From: Mobula birostris
Lineage: Eukaryota
Length of the DNA: 64,000 bases
Reading direction: 5' to 3'
Assembly (NCBI RefSeq): GCF_030028105.1
Contig: NC_092379.1
Coordinates: 27,459,821-27,523,820, forward strand
A model generated the notes under the pieces. It did not search any database. It saw nothing but the letters and a program-made list of their open reading frames with translations, and was not told where the DNA came from. Of the stretch, positions 13,392 through 27,443 are shown piece by piece. The number at the start of each line of letters is the position of its first letter. Positions within the stretch are counted from its first letter, which is position 1. The position numbers and the translations under genes were made by a program.

Positions 13392-15120
13392 GTTTTTTAT
13401 TTTTAAATTAATTATTATTGAAAATCAAGAACAAAAAATACATTAAAATAATCAATTCAACATATCTATACGTCTAATAGGAGTTAAACTATCAACCAAG
13501 CTAAACAGTATATAAATAATGATCAAAAAAATGTTGAAGCTATTTTTTTTGGAAAAAAAAGAAAGAAGGAAAAAGGAACCCATACTAACTAAAATGAACA
13601 AAAATAAGCTACTAACAAAAAGAAAACGTGAAAAAAAACAAACATTTGCTGCACAAACGGGGAGCTGTACGCCATACAATCTTCCATTAAAAAAATGACG
13701 CCAATCCGCCATCCAAATCTATTTACCCAAGAATCAGAAGGCAACCATTTTTATTAACTTAAATAAAATGATAGTAGTGGGCAACAGAGCCCCATCCTTT
13801 CTCAACGTCAAATAATCAAAAGTTCGGCTTCTGATTTTTTTTTTTCTTTTTCCAAACTAAGGCATAACATCACCCGAGAAAACATTGCATCAAAGAGGGA
13901 GCAGAATTCCATTTCAATAAAATAACCCTTCTACCCAATAATGTGACAAATGCAATTACTTGTTTGTCTGATATAGAAATACCGAGTATATATTGAGGAA
14001 TTATACCAAAAAAACTGTCAGTTTGTTAGTTTGTAAATTAATTTTCAAAGCTTTAGAAATTGTAGAAAAAATAGATTTCCAAAACTGTTTCAATACAGAA
14101 CACAGCCATAACACATGTGTCAATATAGCTGTCTCAGTTTCACATTCATCACACTGACTATTAACATTAGGAAATATTTTAGACGGGCTCTCCTTTGTCA
14201 AATAATAACGATGTACAATTTTAAATTGAATCAGAGAGTGACTGGCGCAAATCGAAGAAGCGTTAACCAACTTCAACATTCGCAACAAATCCTCTGTTAT
14301 CAAGGTCATGTTAAGCTCTCTTTCTCAATCTTGCTTAATCTTAAATAAAGGAAAATTATCCTGTTGTAATAGTAGATCATAAATTTTCCCAATAACACCT
14401 TTCACTAAAGGGTTCATTTTTTTAAAAACATGTCTAACAGGTCAGAATCTTGTATATATGGAAAAATAACTTTTTTTTTAAGAAATGTCTGACCTGAAGT
14501 TATTGCAAAACGTGTGAGTATGAGAGAGAATATTTAGTTACCAGTTTCTCAAAGGACATCAACTGTGGTTCTTGAAACAGATCTATAAAGGAATACATTC
14601 CTTTATTCATCCAATGATAAAAATAGGATCACTAAGTAAAGGTTTAAATAAGTAGTTTCGATAAATTAAACTAAGAAGATTACTTTGTTTAAGATTAAAA
14701 CAAATTTACGAAACTGGTACCAAAATCGTAAAGACTGCTTAATCATAGAATTTATATTTAGAATAGAAATTTTGGCTCGTTATACAGGTGAAGAAGCTCC
14801 TAATAACGAAGTTAAGTAGTATTGTTTCACAGCTTTCAATTCCAGATCAACCCATAGTTTCCGTTCATTTTCAACAGTCCCATATAACAGAGACACGCAC
14901 AGCGTGTATTAACCGCCCAATAATACATTCTTAAATTAGGCAAAACAGGACCTCCATCCTTTTTAAATTTTAGTAAATGGCATTTTCCAATTCTTGGTGT
15001 TTTATTATTCCAAACAAAAGATGAAGTAATGGAATCAACCCGATCACAAAACTTCTTTGTCAGAAAAATAGGAATATTTTGAAATACATATAAAACATTT
15101 AGTAAGATCATCAGTTTAAC
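13392..15120 (-). mobile_element. L1-clade LINE 3' portion
   Basis: LYVFQNIPIFL...FVWNNKTPRI...GGPVLPNLRMYYWA and the C-terminal Cys/His region QFKIVHRYY...CDEC...THVLWLC typical of fish L1 ORF2; A-rich 3' tail. Confidence 0.85.
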
Positions 15121-15124
15121 TGCA

Positions 15125-15720
15125 TGAGTTGCTCTGGGGTTTTCTTGAATCCTGTCCGCCAATGCCTTGTAATGGCCCCTTTGTTGCAGTGCTAATTGCA
15201 TTATTAAACTCCTTCCTGCTAGCCTTATAATATCTCGATCTCTATAATTAGCTAGTTTATTGAATCTTCGTCAATCTCTACTTTTCTTCTTGAATAGATT
15301 TACAACAGCCTTTGTGCACCACGGTTCCTGTACCCTACCATCCTTTTCCTGTCTTATTGGAACGTATCTACGCAAAACCGCACGCAAGAATCCCCTACAC
15401 ACCTGCCATATTTCTTCTTTACGTTTCCCTGAGAACATCTGTTTCCAATTTATGCTTCCAAGTTCATGCCCGATGGCCTAATTTCCCCCTCTCATCCAGT
15501 TAAATGTTTCCATAACTTGTCTGTTTCTATCGATCGCTAACGTTGTGGTCAAGGAGATAGAATTGTGATGACTATCTGCAAAACGCTCTCCCACTGAAAG
15601 AGGTGACACCTGACCAGGTTCATTTCCCAATACAAGATCAATTTTCTCCTCTTGAAATGCGATGTATGATATTGAATCTCATAAGAAATAAATAGTGGAC
15701 ACTTAGTAACTTGAATTTTC
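15125..15720 (-). mobile_element. CR1 fragment (endonuclease C-terminus and linker)
   Basis: Minus strand DLVLGNEPGQ; ALADRIQENP motif. Confidence 0.75.
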
Positions 15721-17517
15721 GACGTAAGATTTTTCAAATTATAAGTTCGTTGTTCAAAGGACACTTACTATTCAATTATGTATGAAGAATGTAAATGGGG
15801 GATTCGTCCTCCTGCAGGTAGCGCGAAACCGAGATACACCTAGGAAAAAAGAAATAAAACATCCCTCAAGCGAAAAACATGAGAAAAATAAATAAAGTGA
15901 GTGGACAACACGTAGAAAATTAAATGCCCCACTGGGATTGCAGTCGTATTCAGTTCAGTTTATCTCAGTGCCATATCGCTTGCCCACTGCAGGCATTCTT
16001 CGCTAAAGCACCACAGTGAACATCGATCGCATCGTTTAAAATCAGCAAAAAAAAAAAAAAAAAAAGTACATCCACAATCAACACATACATGCAGATTGAT
16101 CAAGTTTCCGTAAAACGCTTCCACCGCTTTACGGTTCAATCCAAGCCCAATATATCTTCCTCCGACAGCAGGCAGCAAGAGAGACAGGAAGACCAGAGTT
16201 AACACAGAAAGAAGGCGGTGAATCCATGTTCGACGCCTCAGTCGGAGAGGTGTTCTGGCCTCTAGGCCGCGTACGTTGTTCCAAACGGGAGGGAAGATGT
16301 GAGCCTATTCAGCAGCTGTAGCGAGCGATCTCAAATGAGCATAGCATCTGGGTAAAGTATTATCAACGTGGGCGCACAGAACTAACGATATTTGTGCATT
16401 GCGTTTATGTTTTACTCTCTGTACACAGAAACGTTTTGTCTCTGCCTGTCACACACACATGTGGCAAATGATTCAGATAAGGTTAATAATAACGATGGCG
16501 AGTTGTGGTGAGATGCCTGTTAAGATAAAGCATATGGGAAGAGATCGTTAAGGGAGTCCTCGAGACATTGCACTTATGACCAAAAGGAACCTTCTGAAAT
16601 CGCAATACTTGTGGGGCAAAATTCCATCAGGTACTAGTAAAACGCTCTCTAGACACCCCGAAACGGAAGCCTGATTTCCATTTCCTGACATATATCGCAT
16701 GCAAAGTACAAACACGAGAGTTTACCTCTATGTGTCGCTGTTAATTTAAAAACAGACGCCGTGTCCACTCTCTGCTCTATATTGATTAATTTGTCCCCAT
16801 TCCACGGATAATCTACGTTCAGCTGCGGCGACAATTCACTCCTGCAAACTCAGGGCGTGATAATTTAATTGTTTTTATTTATTTTTTTTAGCAGAAGACC
16901 CTGCCGCCAATAACAAAGGAGAGATATGTAGTTCCAAGTGTTCGTCTGAGCTGACAATGTAAGACCCGATCCGTTACACTGAATAACAGTTATTCTGCAA
17001 TTCTGGCCACAGAATCTGTTTAATGGTACATCGGGCAGGCTTGAGAATGTCCGATTTATTACTAAATACATAAATAGCCTGCTTTCAGATCAGACAATAG
17101 ATTTTCTGCTATTTATAGGAAATAAGCCATTCGGTTCCTTTGCTAATCGCATCTACTAAGTGCTTGTGTAATAAACCCCACATTTTGTCAGCGATGCAGC
17201 AGATTCGAACAAAAAATGGAATTAAAAGGTTGTTCGGCCAAGTTTGCACTGCACCCGAGCAGTCAAATCTTCGAAGAGACTGCAAGTACTAGGATTTTTT
17301 TTTTCGTTTCTTATATTCACTGTTCAAAGAAGAGAAGACAGATCTTTGTCATGCCATCAATACTTGAAATGCCACATCCTTCATTATTCTCCCAGCCTAC
17401 TCTTATTGAATGATGAACATGAGACATTTTCTTCTCAAGTTTTGGTTGTACGTCATCTTATGGTGACTTGGGACAGTTCTTCTTCTGCCTTTTCCCGGTA
17501 CATGTTGTTATAACAGC

Positions 17518-17518
<1 letters not shown>

Positions 17519-17556
<38 letters not shown>

Positions 17557-17562
17557 TGTGTG
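17519..17562. repeat. (TG)n microsatellite
   Basis: About 22 TG units with one interruption. Confidence 0.95.
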
Positions 17563-18039
17563 TTTAACTGATCAGAATCCAGCAACTGGTTTCACCGAGA
17601 AAGGAAACGAATAAGCTGACCAATGATAAGCGAGAAAGAGAAATGTGGAATCCGAGAGGAGCCTTGTATACTCAATTGTGGGTGCCAGTTCAAAAAGAAG
17701 AAACAAACAAATCAAAACACCGCTTGGCCTGCCGGGCATACTGTGCATCAGAGAGAGCAGAGGTAGTTTCTGCAACGTGTTAGTGAGTTTTAAGAAAGCC
17801 AGCAGGGACAATCAGGACATTCTGAGTTAAATACCAAGTTCATTACGCGCAAGGGAAAATGGATAAAAACAAGCTTTACTTGTAACAGTTGTATTTTGAG
17901 CAGCTATTGTGTGCGTGGTACAGTGCTAAAGCGAAGAGTTCGATGTTTTTTATTCCAAGAGGTTTCAGCGTGTAAAGATGGAGGGTTTCGGCAGACGTTC
18001 GGGTTCATACATTTCTTATTTTAACTGAATAAGAATGAG

Positions 18040-19055
18040 AATCAGAATCAGAATGAGGTTTATTATAACTGGCATGCAATATGAAAGTTGTTAACTTAGC
18101 AGCAGCAGTTCAATACAATACATAAAATAGAAAAAAAACATCAAAATAAAATAATTATAATAATAAATAACTCATTTACAGTATAAGTATATCGAATAGT
18201 TTAAACATCGAGCAAAATCAGAAATATTATATAATAAAAATGTGAAGTAGTGGCCAAGTTTCAATGCCCATTTAGGAATCGGAGGCCCGGAGGTCGAAGT
18301 TGTTCCTGAAACGGTGATGTGTGTGCCTTCAGGCTTCTGTACCTGGCACCTAATCATAACATTTAAAAAAAGGGCATACCCGTCGTGCTGGCGGTCCGTA
18401 ATGATGGACGCTGCCTTTTGAGACCCCGCTCCTACAAATGTCATGTGTACTTCGTAGGCTTGTATCCAAGACAGAGTTGACTAAATTTACAATCTGCTGC
18501 AGCTTTCTTTTTTTTTTCCTTCCTAGCAGTAGACACCCTCCCCACACACCAGACAGATGCAGCCTGTCAGAATGCTCTCCATGTTACATCGATAGAAGTT
18601 TTTCAGTCTATTTTTTAACATACTATGTCTCTTCAATCTCCTCATGAAGTATAGCCACCGTCTTGCCTTCTTTATAACTGCATCGATATGTTGCCGCCTC
18701 GTTTAATCCTCAGAGATCTTGTCACCCAGGAACTTGAAACTGCTCAATCTCTCCACTTCTGATCCCTCTATGAGGCTTGTTATGTGCTACTTCGTCTTAC
18801 CCTTCCGAAAGTCCAAAACAGCTCTTTTGTCTTCCTGACGTTGAGTGCCGGGTTGTTGCGGCGGCCGCACTCCACTAGTTGGCATATCTCACTCCTGTAC
18901 GCGCTCTCTTCACCACCTGAGATTCTACCAACAATGGTTGTAGTTTCAGCAAATTTCTGGATGTTATTTGTGTTATGCCCGGCCACGGAGTCATGGGTAA
19001 ATAGAGATCAGATTAGTGGGCTGAGCACGCACCCCTGAGGTACACCAGTGTTGAT
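18040..19055 (-). mobile_element. Rex1/Babar LINE 3' fragment
   Basis: KFAETTTIVGRISGGEESAYRSEICQLVE...NNPALNVRKTKEL; (ATTCTG)n-type tail at about 18045. Confidence 0.85.
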
Positions 19056-19129
19056 CGAGCCGGTTGTACAGAGAGAGCCGTAGGATTACTGAACAGAAAA
19101 GATGAATGGTCCTCACTTTGGACATGGCA

Positions 19130-19420
19130 AAGCCTGGAAAACGCAAGTGTTTCTACCAACTACATCTGCAGTAAGTTTATTCAGCAACACAGTATTACAG
19201 ACTGCGCTAGGAAGCTGAAGTTAGACTTCGATGATCTCTGGATAATTGTGGATTTTGAGCGGTTGACTAACAAGGAAGGTAGCTTCATATTACAGCCCGG
19301 ACAATGGTAACTGTGTGACAGTCAACTGGTGAAAATGGCTTGGCAGAGAGTGCGGTGTACATAGATCTGTGACGGTTCCTTCGAGAAATTGTAAATCACT
19401 CCAGATACTGTTAAAGCATT
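19130..19420 (+). mobile_element. Decayed CR1 ORF1 fragment
   Basis: NYICSKFIQQHSITDCARKLKLDFDDLWII resembles the CR1 ORF1 zinc finger/coiled coil (compare 41370-41460). Confidence 0.5.
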
Positions 19421-22400
19421 ATCTTCCACAGTAAACAAAATCACAATGGTCACATGTCCCGCATTGAGTCTGACGTAACATATAAAAGAGTAGACTAGAG
19501 AAGTTTGGGAATACTGGAAGTGATAATTTAGGAACGCATCATCGCAGAAATAGATGACCCAATTTGCGAGCGTAAAGATTACACTGGGATCAGAATTAAT
19601 AACTGGCTAACTTAGACTCATTTTTACTGTTGTTACCTTTTATATTCTTCCATTGGACACGTAGGATCAAGGAAGCCCTGTGCTTGCGTGCAATTTCCAA
19701 ACTTCAGCAGGTTTCCTGCAAGAAAATTTTGTGTAAGTTCTTTTGCGAGTAGTTGTGGTGTTCCTAACGTCCAGCGCTCTGAGGATTGGAGGCTTGCTGT
19801 GAGGCTGTGTGACATTATTGGGAGTTATTTTGCTTTGTCCCGTCGCACATCATCACTCCGCCAACATCTGTCAGTTTTTGGGATAGTTAGCCGATAGAAG
19901 TTCCTCCGGTGCAGGTGCAGGGCTGGAACTGAGGGAGCTGTTGTAAACCTGGCAGGATCAATGTCGAATAAATGTTAAGTATAAAGATATCCTTGAAGAA
20001 GACAGCAAAACGAGATAACAAATGAACGAGATTGGTTGTCGCTTTTGAATTGAAAATCTCCAATTTCCGATAACTTGCCGGATTGGGGCCCTTCTGTGAC
20101 ACCAATGATTTGGTGTTTTTCGTGAGTTTAGCACATATTAGACTAATTAAAAAAAAACAAAAAAAAAAAGCGGCTTACTAATGGTGTAAGAAGTAGAGGT
20201 GCTAATATATGGATACACAGCTGGGCGTATTGTAATAACAGGTGCAAGTTAAATTGTCTATCACTTTTTGCAATAAAGCCAGAGGATTGAGTCTTTTCTT
20301 CCATCTTCGCTAGGTGTTTTTTCCCCCGAATGTTTTGACATGCTGACTCCCTTTCAGACATCAGGGCATGGTTCGCTCGACCCTATATACTCTCCTTTGT
20401 CCTTTTATTCATCCAGTAGGTGCACAGGCTTTTATTTTCAACAGCCGACTCCACTGTGCTTACATGCTGGATTATTATGGAATGCAATTTTATATGATAG
20501 GATTAGATTGAGCTCAATATTTAGGAGGTGTTCGGAAATATGCATGTGTCTCATCGAGTTTTTTTTTTATAAATTAAATGCTTACTAATTGCATTGGCAT
20601 AGGGGAGAATTTCTTACATTGTTGCAAGTATCCCTTGTCATCCCTTATTTTAACTTGTGTTTACCTTCTTTAAATTTTCTGAAGAAGGGAACAATTCCTT
20701 TAATAACTTTTGTGGCAAAAACACTGTGGACTGTTCTCATCATCGCGATCAGTGAGTGTAAGAAAGCGTGTGTGATTCACGGTGACAGTAATTGTAAACC
20801 ATTTAACTGAGAATTTTACTTTTTTTTTTCTTGACCTGTCTCCAACGTAATGCTGAGCATAGTTACAGCATATAAATACAATTTCAGGCAGTACTGGACA
20901 TATGCCTTCTTCTGCCAACATTCCCAAGAAGGAAGCCTGACAAATCTGTGAAACCAGACTCAGATACGTGTGCTTATCTGCTTCTTCATTCAAAACTCGT
21001 GTATTTCAATTTATTTGAAACTGTCAGCGCATGCGTGTAGATCAATAGAGTATGTGGTCTCCGCTTCAAAGGAAAATAGGGAGGACGTGATCCTCAGGAA
21101 CCCTGTGTTCTGGCACACTGGTAAAAACATTAACGTCATATTCTGCCTTCAAATTGGGCATTCTATATTCAATAACGTCATCATGTTGTGATATCGCAGC
21201 CTAACTCGTCAACGCGTACACGTCCTGCCATAACCTGCGATAAGGTTCCACACTATCAAAAGCATCAACAACGTATGTGCCATATTAAAATGTATTCACT
21301 ATCATCCCACTTAATCGTTTAATATATTTATGAAAAAATCGCAAAGGACATAGAGCCCAGGAGAGGGCCCTGTTGCAAATCACTGGTCATTCAACATCCA
21401 GAATAATATCCTCTATTTCTTTCCACAAACTTCTTCTATGTGTCAGCCCATTCTGAACTATTAAGTCAAGTTTCTCTCAATTCCATACATCGTGGTCTTC
21501 TTACTGAGTGTATTTTGAGGAAATTATACAAAAGTATTACTGAAACCCAGATACATTGATTCCACTACTCTGTCTTCATGAACTTGTTCAGTTACGTATT
21601 AAAAAAAAAAAACACCATCCCGTGATGCACGAACGGTCACTAATCCTATCGGCCGGTTCTACTCCGTGCTCATACTTTGTCTCAGCACATTACCCACAAG
21701 ATTTTGCCTATCATTGAATTAATACTTATTACCCAATGATGCTTAATTTTATCTACATTGTGTCACAACCGTGGATTCGGCAACGTAGCAGATTCGGCAA
21801 CTGTGCTCGTGAATCTGCATGCGTCAGCTAATTATTATTTAATTGTGATAGCATTTACCTGCATTCAATCCGTCGTAGTATGTGTCCAGACTTGGACGCA
21901 ACAACGCTTTGCTGCCTGCTTGCATTCCACCTTACCTGAGAAATTAAACTGTCGCCTCAACTGACTATGAGGACTAGCTGTATTCGTTTAATGTTTAGTT
22001 GTTCTTTCTGGCCGCAGTGTAGGCTTCAGTTTCCATTTGTGAGTTTTAGGTAACGGCCCTGTTTACCAAGCGTTAATTCTTTTAATTTCCCATTAACACT
22101 GTTTGCATTAAAGTGTTTGAAATATGGACCCTCTTCAGTGTCCACATCAGCACTTGGGCCACATCCTCACCGGGTGATACACTGCCGTGCTTACAGACAA
22201 GAATAATATTTATCGGTTTTCTGTTGCTATCCCTGTGGTATGCCTGAGTACACAACGAGATTGTCAATACTGCAGCAATGTTTTCTCTCCCTTTCTGTAC
22301 TAACTAGCACTACATCCAGTCCGGACAATGGGAATATCATAAATACTTTCAATGCTTACAATAGGCAATCCTTCCGACATGATTCAACATATCAGCCCTT

Positions 22401-22604
22401 ACTACTGAGTACATACACTCGTGATGATTCCTATCAGTGCTGACTAACGATGTCAGGTATTCATTAAGGAGCTCTCCTAATTTTCGACTCCTGTAGCATG
22501 CTTCCCCCTTTATAGATGTTCGGTTCCACCGTTAATCTGATCATCTTTCTGTGTCACTGGTGTATGTTGAACACTTTCGATGTTTCCGTATGTACACCTG
22601 CCAT

Positions 22605-23285
22605 GGAATCAGAATCAGGTTTACTATCACCCGCGTGTGACATGAAATGTGTTACCTTAGCAGCAGCATTGTAATGCAATATAAAATCTAGCACACAGAG
22701 AGAAACATAATAATAAACGAAATAAAAAATAATAAACAAACAATTTACATATATTGAAGAGATTTTTTTAAAATTGTGCAAAACCAAAAAAAAAAAACGG
22801 TAAATTAAAAATAATGAGGTAGTGTCCAAAAGGCTTAATGTACATTGTGGAATCGGACGGCATAGAGGAAGAAGCTGTTCCTGAAAGGGTGAGTGTGTGC
22901 GTTCAGGCTTCTTTGTCTCCTACCTGATGGAAACAGTGAGAAAAGACATTCTGGGTGCTGAAGGTCTTTAATAAAGGACGCTGCCTTTCTGAGACATCGC
23001 TCCCTGCAGATATCCTGGATACTTTATAGGCTAGTGACCAAAATGGATCTGACGAGGTTTGCAACCTTATGCAGCTTCTTTCGGTCCTGTGCAGTAGCCA
23101 CTCCATACCAAATAGTGATGCAGCCTCTCAGAATGCTCTCAACGTAACAACTGTAGAGGTTTTTGAGTGTTTTTGTTGACATGCCATATCTCTTCGAACT
23201 CCTAATAAAGTATAGCCGTTGTTCTGCCTTCTTTATAACTACATCAATATGTTGACAGCAGATTACATCCTCATGGACTTGAACT
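22605..23285 (-). mobile_element. Rex1/Babar LINE 3' fragment (second copy)
   Basis: Homologous to 18040-18750, with the same GAATCAGAATCAGGTTTA tail. Confidence 0.8.
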
Positions 23286-23289
23286 GTTC

Positions 23290-24240
23290 CTTTTGAGTTT
23301 CCTTCAGCAATTCCGACCCTACGTCCTGGCTAGGTCTCTGGTCACTCCCGAAGTGATCCCCACAAAGTGACACTAACCTGACCGTTTAGCTTACCCAACT
23401 GCATATCCAGTATTATCTTTACTCTAGCCCACACAGCTAAATAGTTTCGTCCAATCTCAACCTTTTGCATGAAAAAAGGTCCGGCAACGTTAGGGAAGTT
23501 GAACTCAAAGATGGAAATAACAATGTTTTGCCCACAGCTTTGAAAAATACGTTTCACGGTCTGCACCTCAGTATGTCTGTTGCTACCGGGGTGCGGGTGC
23601 CTGAAGAATATTTCCTCATAGAGTAATTCCTCCTTACTGTTTCAGAATCTTACACACACTGACTCAGTACATGACGCCTGCATGACATTCTCCCCTTCTT
23701 CAACCGTGGTAATATCCCTGATTAGCAATGTTGCTCTTCCACCTCTTTTACCTACTTCACTGTTACTTTTGACTCCTATAAACCGAAGCAAATAACTGTA
23801 TCGCTCTGGCGGTGAAGTATCTGCAATGGCTACAACGTCATAGTTGCATGTACAGGCCCTATTAGTAATTCAATGTTTCTTTTCCTGATGCTCCCAGCAG
23901 TAAATTCACAAATTCCAAACCACACATATAAATACAAGTTTAGCCCTTGCTACGGCCTTCATTGATCACAGGGTCTGCACTGGCTATATCAACTTTTACC
24001 CCAAGTGTTCCATACACTGTTTCCCATCTTTCTGCCAAAGTGTTTAAACCGACCGGCAATAGCTTCTTGATAACTGCCGCAAAGGTATTAGTTCCTCAAG
24101 GAGTTCAGATGCAATAATCGACTTATGTACAAGGTCACACCATCCCAGAAAAGTTATCAGTGTACGACAAATTTTAGATCTCGCCCCTACACCAATTCTA
24201 CCGTACCCATTCCTCCACCAAATCATTCTCTTCTTCTCCT
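23290..24240 (-). mobile_element. Old CR1 ORF1-end/endonuclease fragment
   Basis: Weak similarity to the esterase end and EN region of the better-preserved CR1 copies in this window. Confidence 0.45.
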
Positions 24241-24922
24241 TACAGGCGCGTCAAGTGTCACGTGATCCGGCAGCAATGGATTATCTATTGAGGCAGGTTT
24301 TATAAAAAACAAACTAACATTTATTAAACTCTGCTCAACAAATAGCGAAAAGTATTAAAATGACTAACTAACCGGAAGTTAACTGCGAAAGGCAACTCTG
24401 GAACAGTTCTGAAAAGGATAATGCAATAACAATTATTACAGTAGTAAATTCAAACCCAGTATTAAAATGCTAAATTCGAAAAATCCAAATGTTTCGAGCA
24501 CGTGACGTAACTGCTGATTCTCTAAAGGACTCACAACGAAGGAAATAAAACGGCTTAAATGATCTGACCTTTTTCCTGCCGAGTGAACACTGCATAACTT
24601 CCCCGATCTTTCAGGATTATCTCAGACACAGGTACTATATTATGAACGAATCCTTAATAAGGTAGATCCTTTATAAAGCCGCCGAGCGACTACAACTTTA
24701 TTCCGATCGTTCAGGCTCCCGTCCTTTAATAAAGTCTTCACTCTACAACGCTGCTGAAACGGGGGAAATTATAGATGCAACACACAAGCATGACAGAAAT
24801 TGGCGAAACAGCCAGCAACAATCTTTGCAGCTTTAAATAGAAAGGAAAACTCCGTTTTAAAATGAAGCTGCGTCATGACAAGTATGCAGCATAATTGAGC
24901 AACTGACGAACTAACACATAAC

Positions 24923-26340
24923 TGTCATAAGGTGGTGGCTGGAAACGCACCCAAGTGCAAGACACAGACACTCAAGTACAAGGGACAGAACGAGGATACA
25001 GGGCGATGACAAGGACATGGACAGGAAAACCAGGAACCTGGAACAGGACTGGACAAGACAGCTAGGAGCCCGGGCGTGGACTCCGAGCCAGAGACTGGAC
25101 GAAGATCCAGTACCTAGTTCTTTCCTCTAGCTCGGACCCCAGAACCAGGCAGGGACGAGGCTTGGCTGGCAGGAAGGACGCGGCTGGAGCCTTAGTGACT
25201 TGAAGCGAGACTTGTCAGGAGGCAACAAACTTGAAGCGAGGCTTGGCAGGAGGCAGGAGACTTGAAGAGAGGCTTGGCAAGAGGCAGGAAACTTGAGGCG
25301 AGGCTTGGTAGGAGGCTAATGACTTGAGCCGAGGCTTGGCAGGAGGCTAGAGACTTGAGGCGAGGCTCGACAGGAGGCTAGAGACTTGAGGCGAGGATTG
25401 GCAGGATGCTGGAGGCAGGAGACTTGAGGCGAGGATTGGCAGGATGCTGGAGGCAGGAGACTTGAGGCGAGACGAGGCTGGAGGATGGAGGCAGGAGACT
25501 TGAGGCGAGACGAGGCTGGAGACTGGAGGCAAGAGACTTGCGGTGAGGCTGAAGGCTGCAGTCTTCAGCCTTGAGGCTAAGAAGGAGGCTGCAGTCCTCA
25601 GGCTTGAGGCCAGGCAGGAGGCTGCAGTCTTCAGGCTTGAGGCTATGCGGGAGGCTGGAGTCTTCAGGCTTGAGGCTAGGCAGGAGGCTGGATTCTTCAG
25701 GCTTGAGGCTCGGGAGGAGGCTGCAGTCTTCAGGCTTGAGGCTAGGCAGGAGGCTGCAGTCTTCAGTCTTGAGACTAGGCAGGCTCCTCCGGGGTAGGGC
25801 GTTGTACTTCGGGCATGGCGCGGATCACCTGGGCAGGGCCCGGTACTTCTGGGCAGGACGCTGTTCACCACCCGACGGAGGTAAGGGACAGGAAGGTACA
25901 GAACCAACCGCAGGTAACGGCGAGACGGCCTGGTTTACCCGACGGAGGCACGAGACAGGAAGGGAGCTATGTACAGGGTGGCCCCAAGACGACACCGCAG
26001 GCGACAGGAGGCGAGAGTGACCAGTAGGACAAGGGAAGGCTTCACGCATTGCAAGGCGAGACGAGAACTTCATTTGAGGCGAGAGTTACCGGCAAAACAA
26101 GGCAGGGCTTCAGGCGAGGAAACAAAAGGCAGAGGCAGGGATACAAGGGAAAAGGACAAGAACAATCCAGCAACCACGCACTGGTCTCTGGAGGTATTAT
26201 GCAGCCAGCCCCAATGAGCATCAGCTGCTTCAATTAGAGCAAAACAAGAACAGAAACAGGGTAAACAGGAAAACCTGGAGCAAGGGTCAATGGACCGGAC
26301 CGTGAACCGGAATACCGACTTCACGGACTGGAACATGACA
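24923..26340. mobile_element. Solo-LTR-like element with internal minisatellites (family B, copy 1)
   Basis: TGTCATA...CATGACA termini; perfect 5-bp TSD ATAAC; ends homologous to 38011-39180. Confidence 0.85.
25195..25790. repeat. Two adjacent minisatellite arrays (about 29-38 bp units, then about seven 33-bp units)
   Basis: GACTTGAGGCGAGG... units, then GAGGCTGCAGTCTTCAGGCTTGAGGCTAGGCAG units (11-aa periodicity in the ORF track). Confidence 0.9.
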
Positions 26341-27443
26341 ATAACTAAATTGAAAACAACTAACTGCGTCACACTACGGTCTCCTTTATACCTGTTGAGA
26401 CCAGGTCGTCAGTTGACATAACACTGGCAGGAAAATTACATCGTATGACCTCCGAATACCATTACACCATGCTCATAAGACAGTCACAAAAACGTCCACG
26501 CGGTATGTAACACAAGCAACAGTTAAATCTTTGAATCATGTGTTTCAGCTTCCTACACACAGCAGTCAATTTTGTCTCCAGGATCCTGTTCATTATCCTA
26601 TCTATATCTCTGATGTCATTATGTATCAGAGTTTCTACCTGCGTACTGTGCCTCTCAATAAACAAATGCTGCCATAATATTTGCTGTGATGTGATATTTT
26701 CGGACTGCAATCCATTCTGCTCCTCTCTAGGCATTTTGTGCTTACCTGAATGAATAGTGGTTAGTTGTGAAATGATTGACGTTACAATTTATTTACAGTT
26801 AGCAAACAAATTATAGTGCGATATTTTGATTGGTTGTTTGTTATTCCCCCTATCAGTGAGAGATATGTTTTCGCTTCTGTGAAAATTTCGGCATCATTTC
26901 TGTTTTTTTTTTAAGAAAATTGTTGATATGTATTAACATCATGTCTCTGGTGTATTCCACTCATTGATTGTTGAGTGTTACTTGCACACTTTATGAGCTG
27001 GTATATTAAAGCAATACTTTGGTGAAGGATGCTTGAAAGTTGCTTCTGTCTGTGTTCGGGATATAGGCATTGTAGGTGAGCCAGCATTAATTACTCATTC
27101 AGATATTTTCTGGAGGCGGAAGCGAGCGGTGTTTTTGGACTATATCAACTATTCTGGTAAAGATACCTATCATGTTGGCCAGGGTATTCCTGCGTTTAGA
27201 CTCAGTTATTAAGGATTACAAGACCATAATGCATAAGATCAGAATAAGCCATTCAGCCAATCGAACCTGTTCTGCCATTACATTATGGTTGATTTATTAT
27301 CCTTCTCAACACCGTTACCTGCCTTCTCCACGATATCTTTGATATCCATAGTATTACAGAAGTATTAAATATCACATATATCCAATAAGTTGGCTTCAAC
27401 AACCGGCTGAGGCAATGAATCTCATAGTTTCACGATTATCGAC

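Larger units (their letters stand above)
24256..26512 (-). mobile_element. Solo LTR of the Gmr1-like family (copy 1), interrupted by a nested element
   Basis: TGTCACGTG...GTATGTAACA termini; perfect 4-bp TSD CAAG on both sides; homologous to 27444-28330 and 61142-62030. Confidence 0.88.

Noticed and set aside
13300-15205. About 70-bp similarity on both sides of the L1, as a possible TSD
   Set aside because: Only about 75% identical and both are the same CR1 region; more likely two independent CR1 pieces.
25347-25907. 186-aa Ser/Ala/Leu-rich ORF and overlapping ORFs on both strands
   Set aside because: Explained by the stop-poor 33-bp minisatellite inside a mobile element; no domain evidence.
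27029-27080. Leader-like stretch ending in GTAG|GTGAG
   Set aside because: The ATG frame gives the wrong intron phase and no V exon follows.
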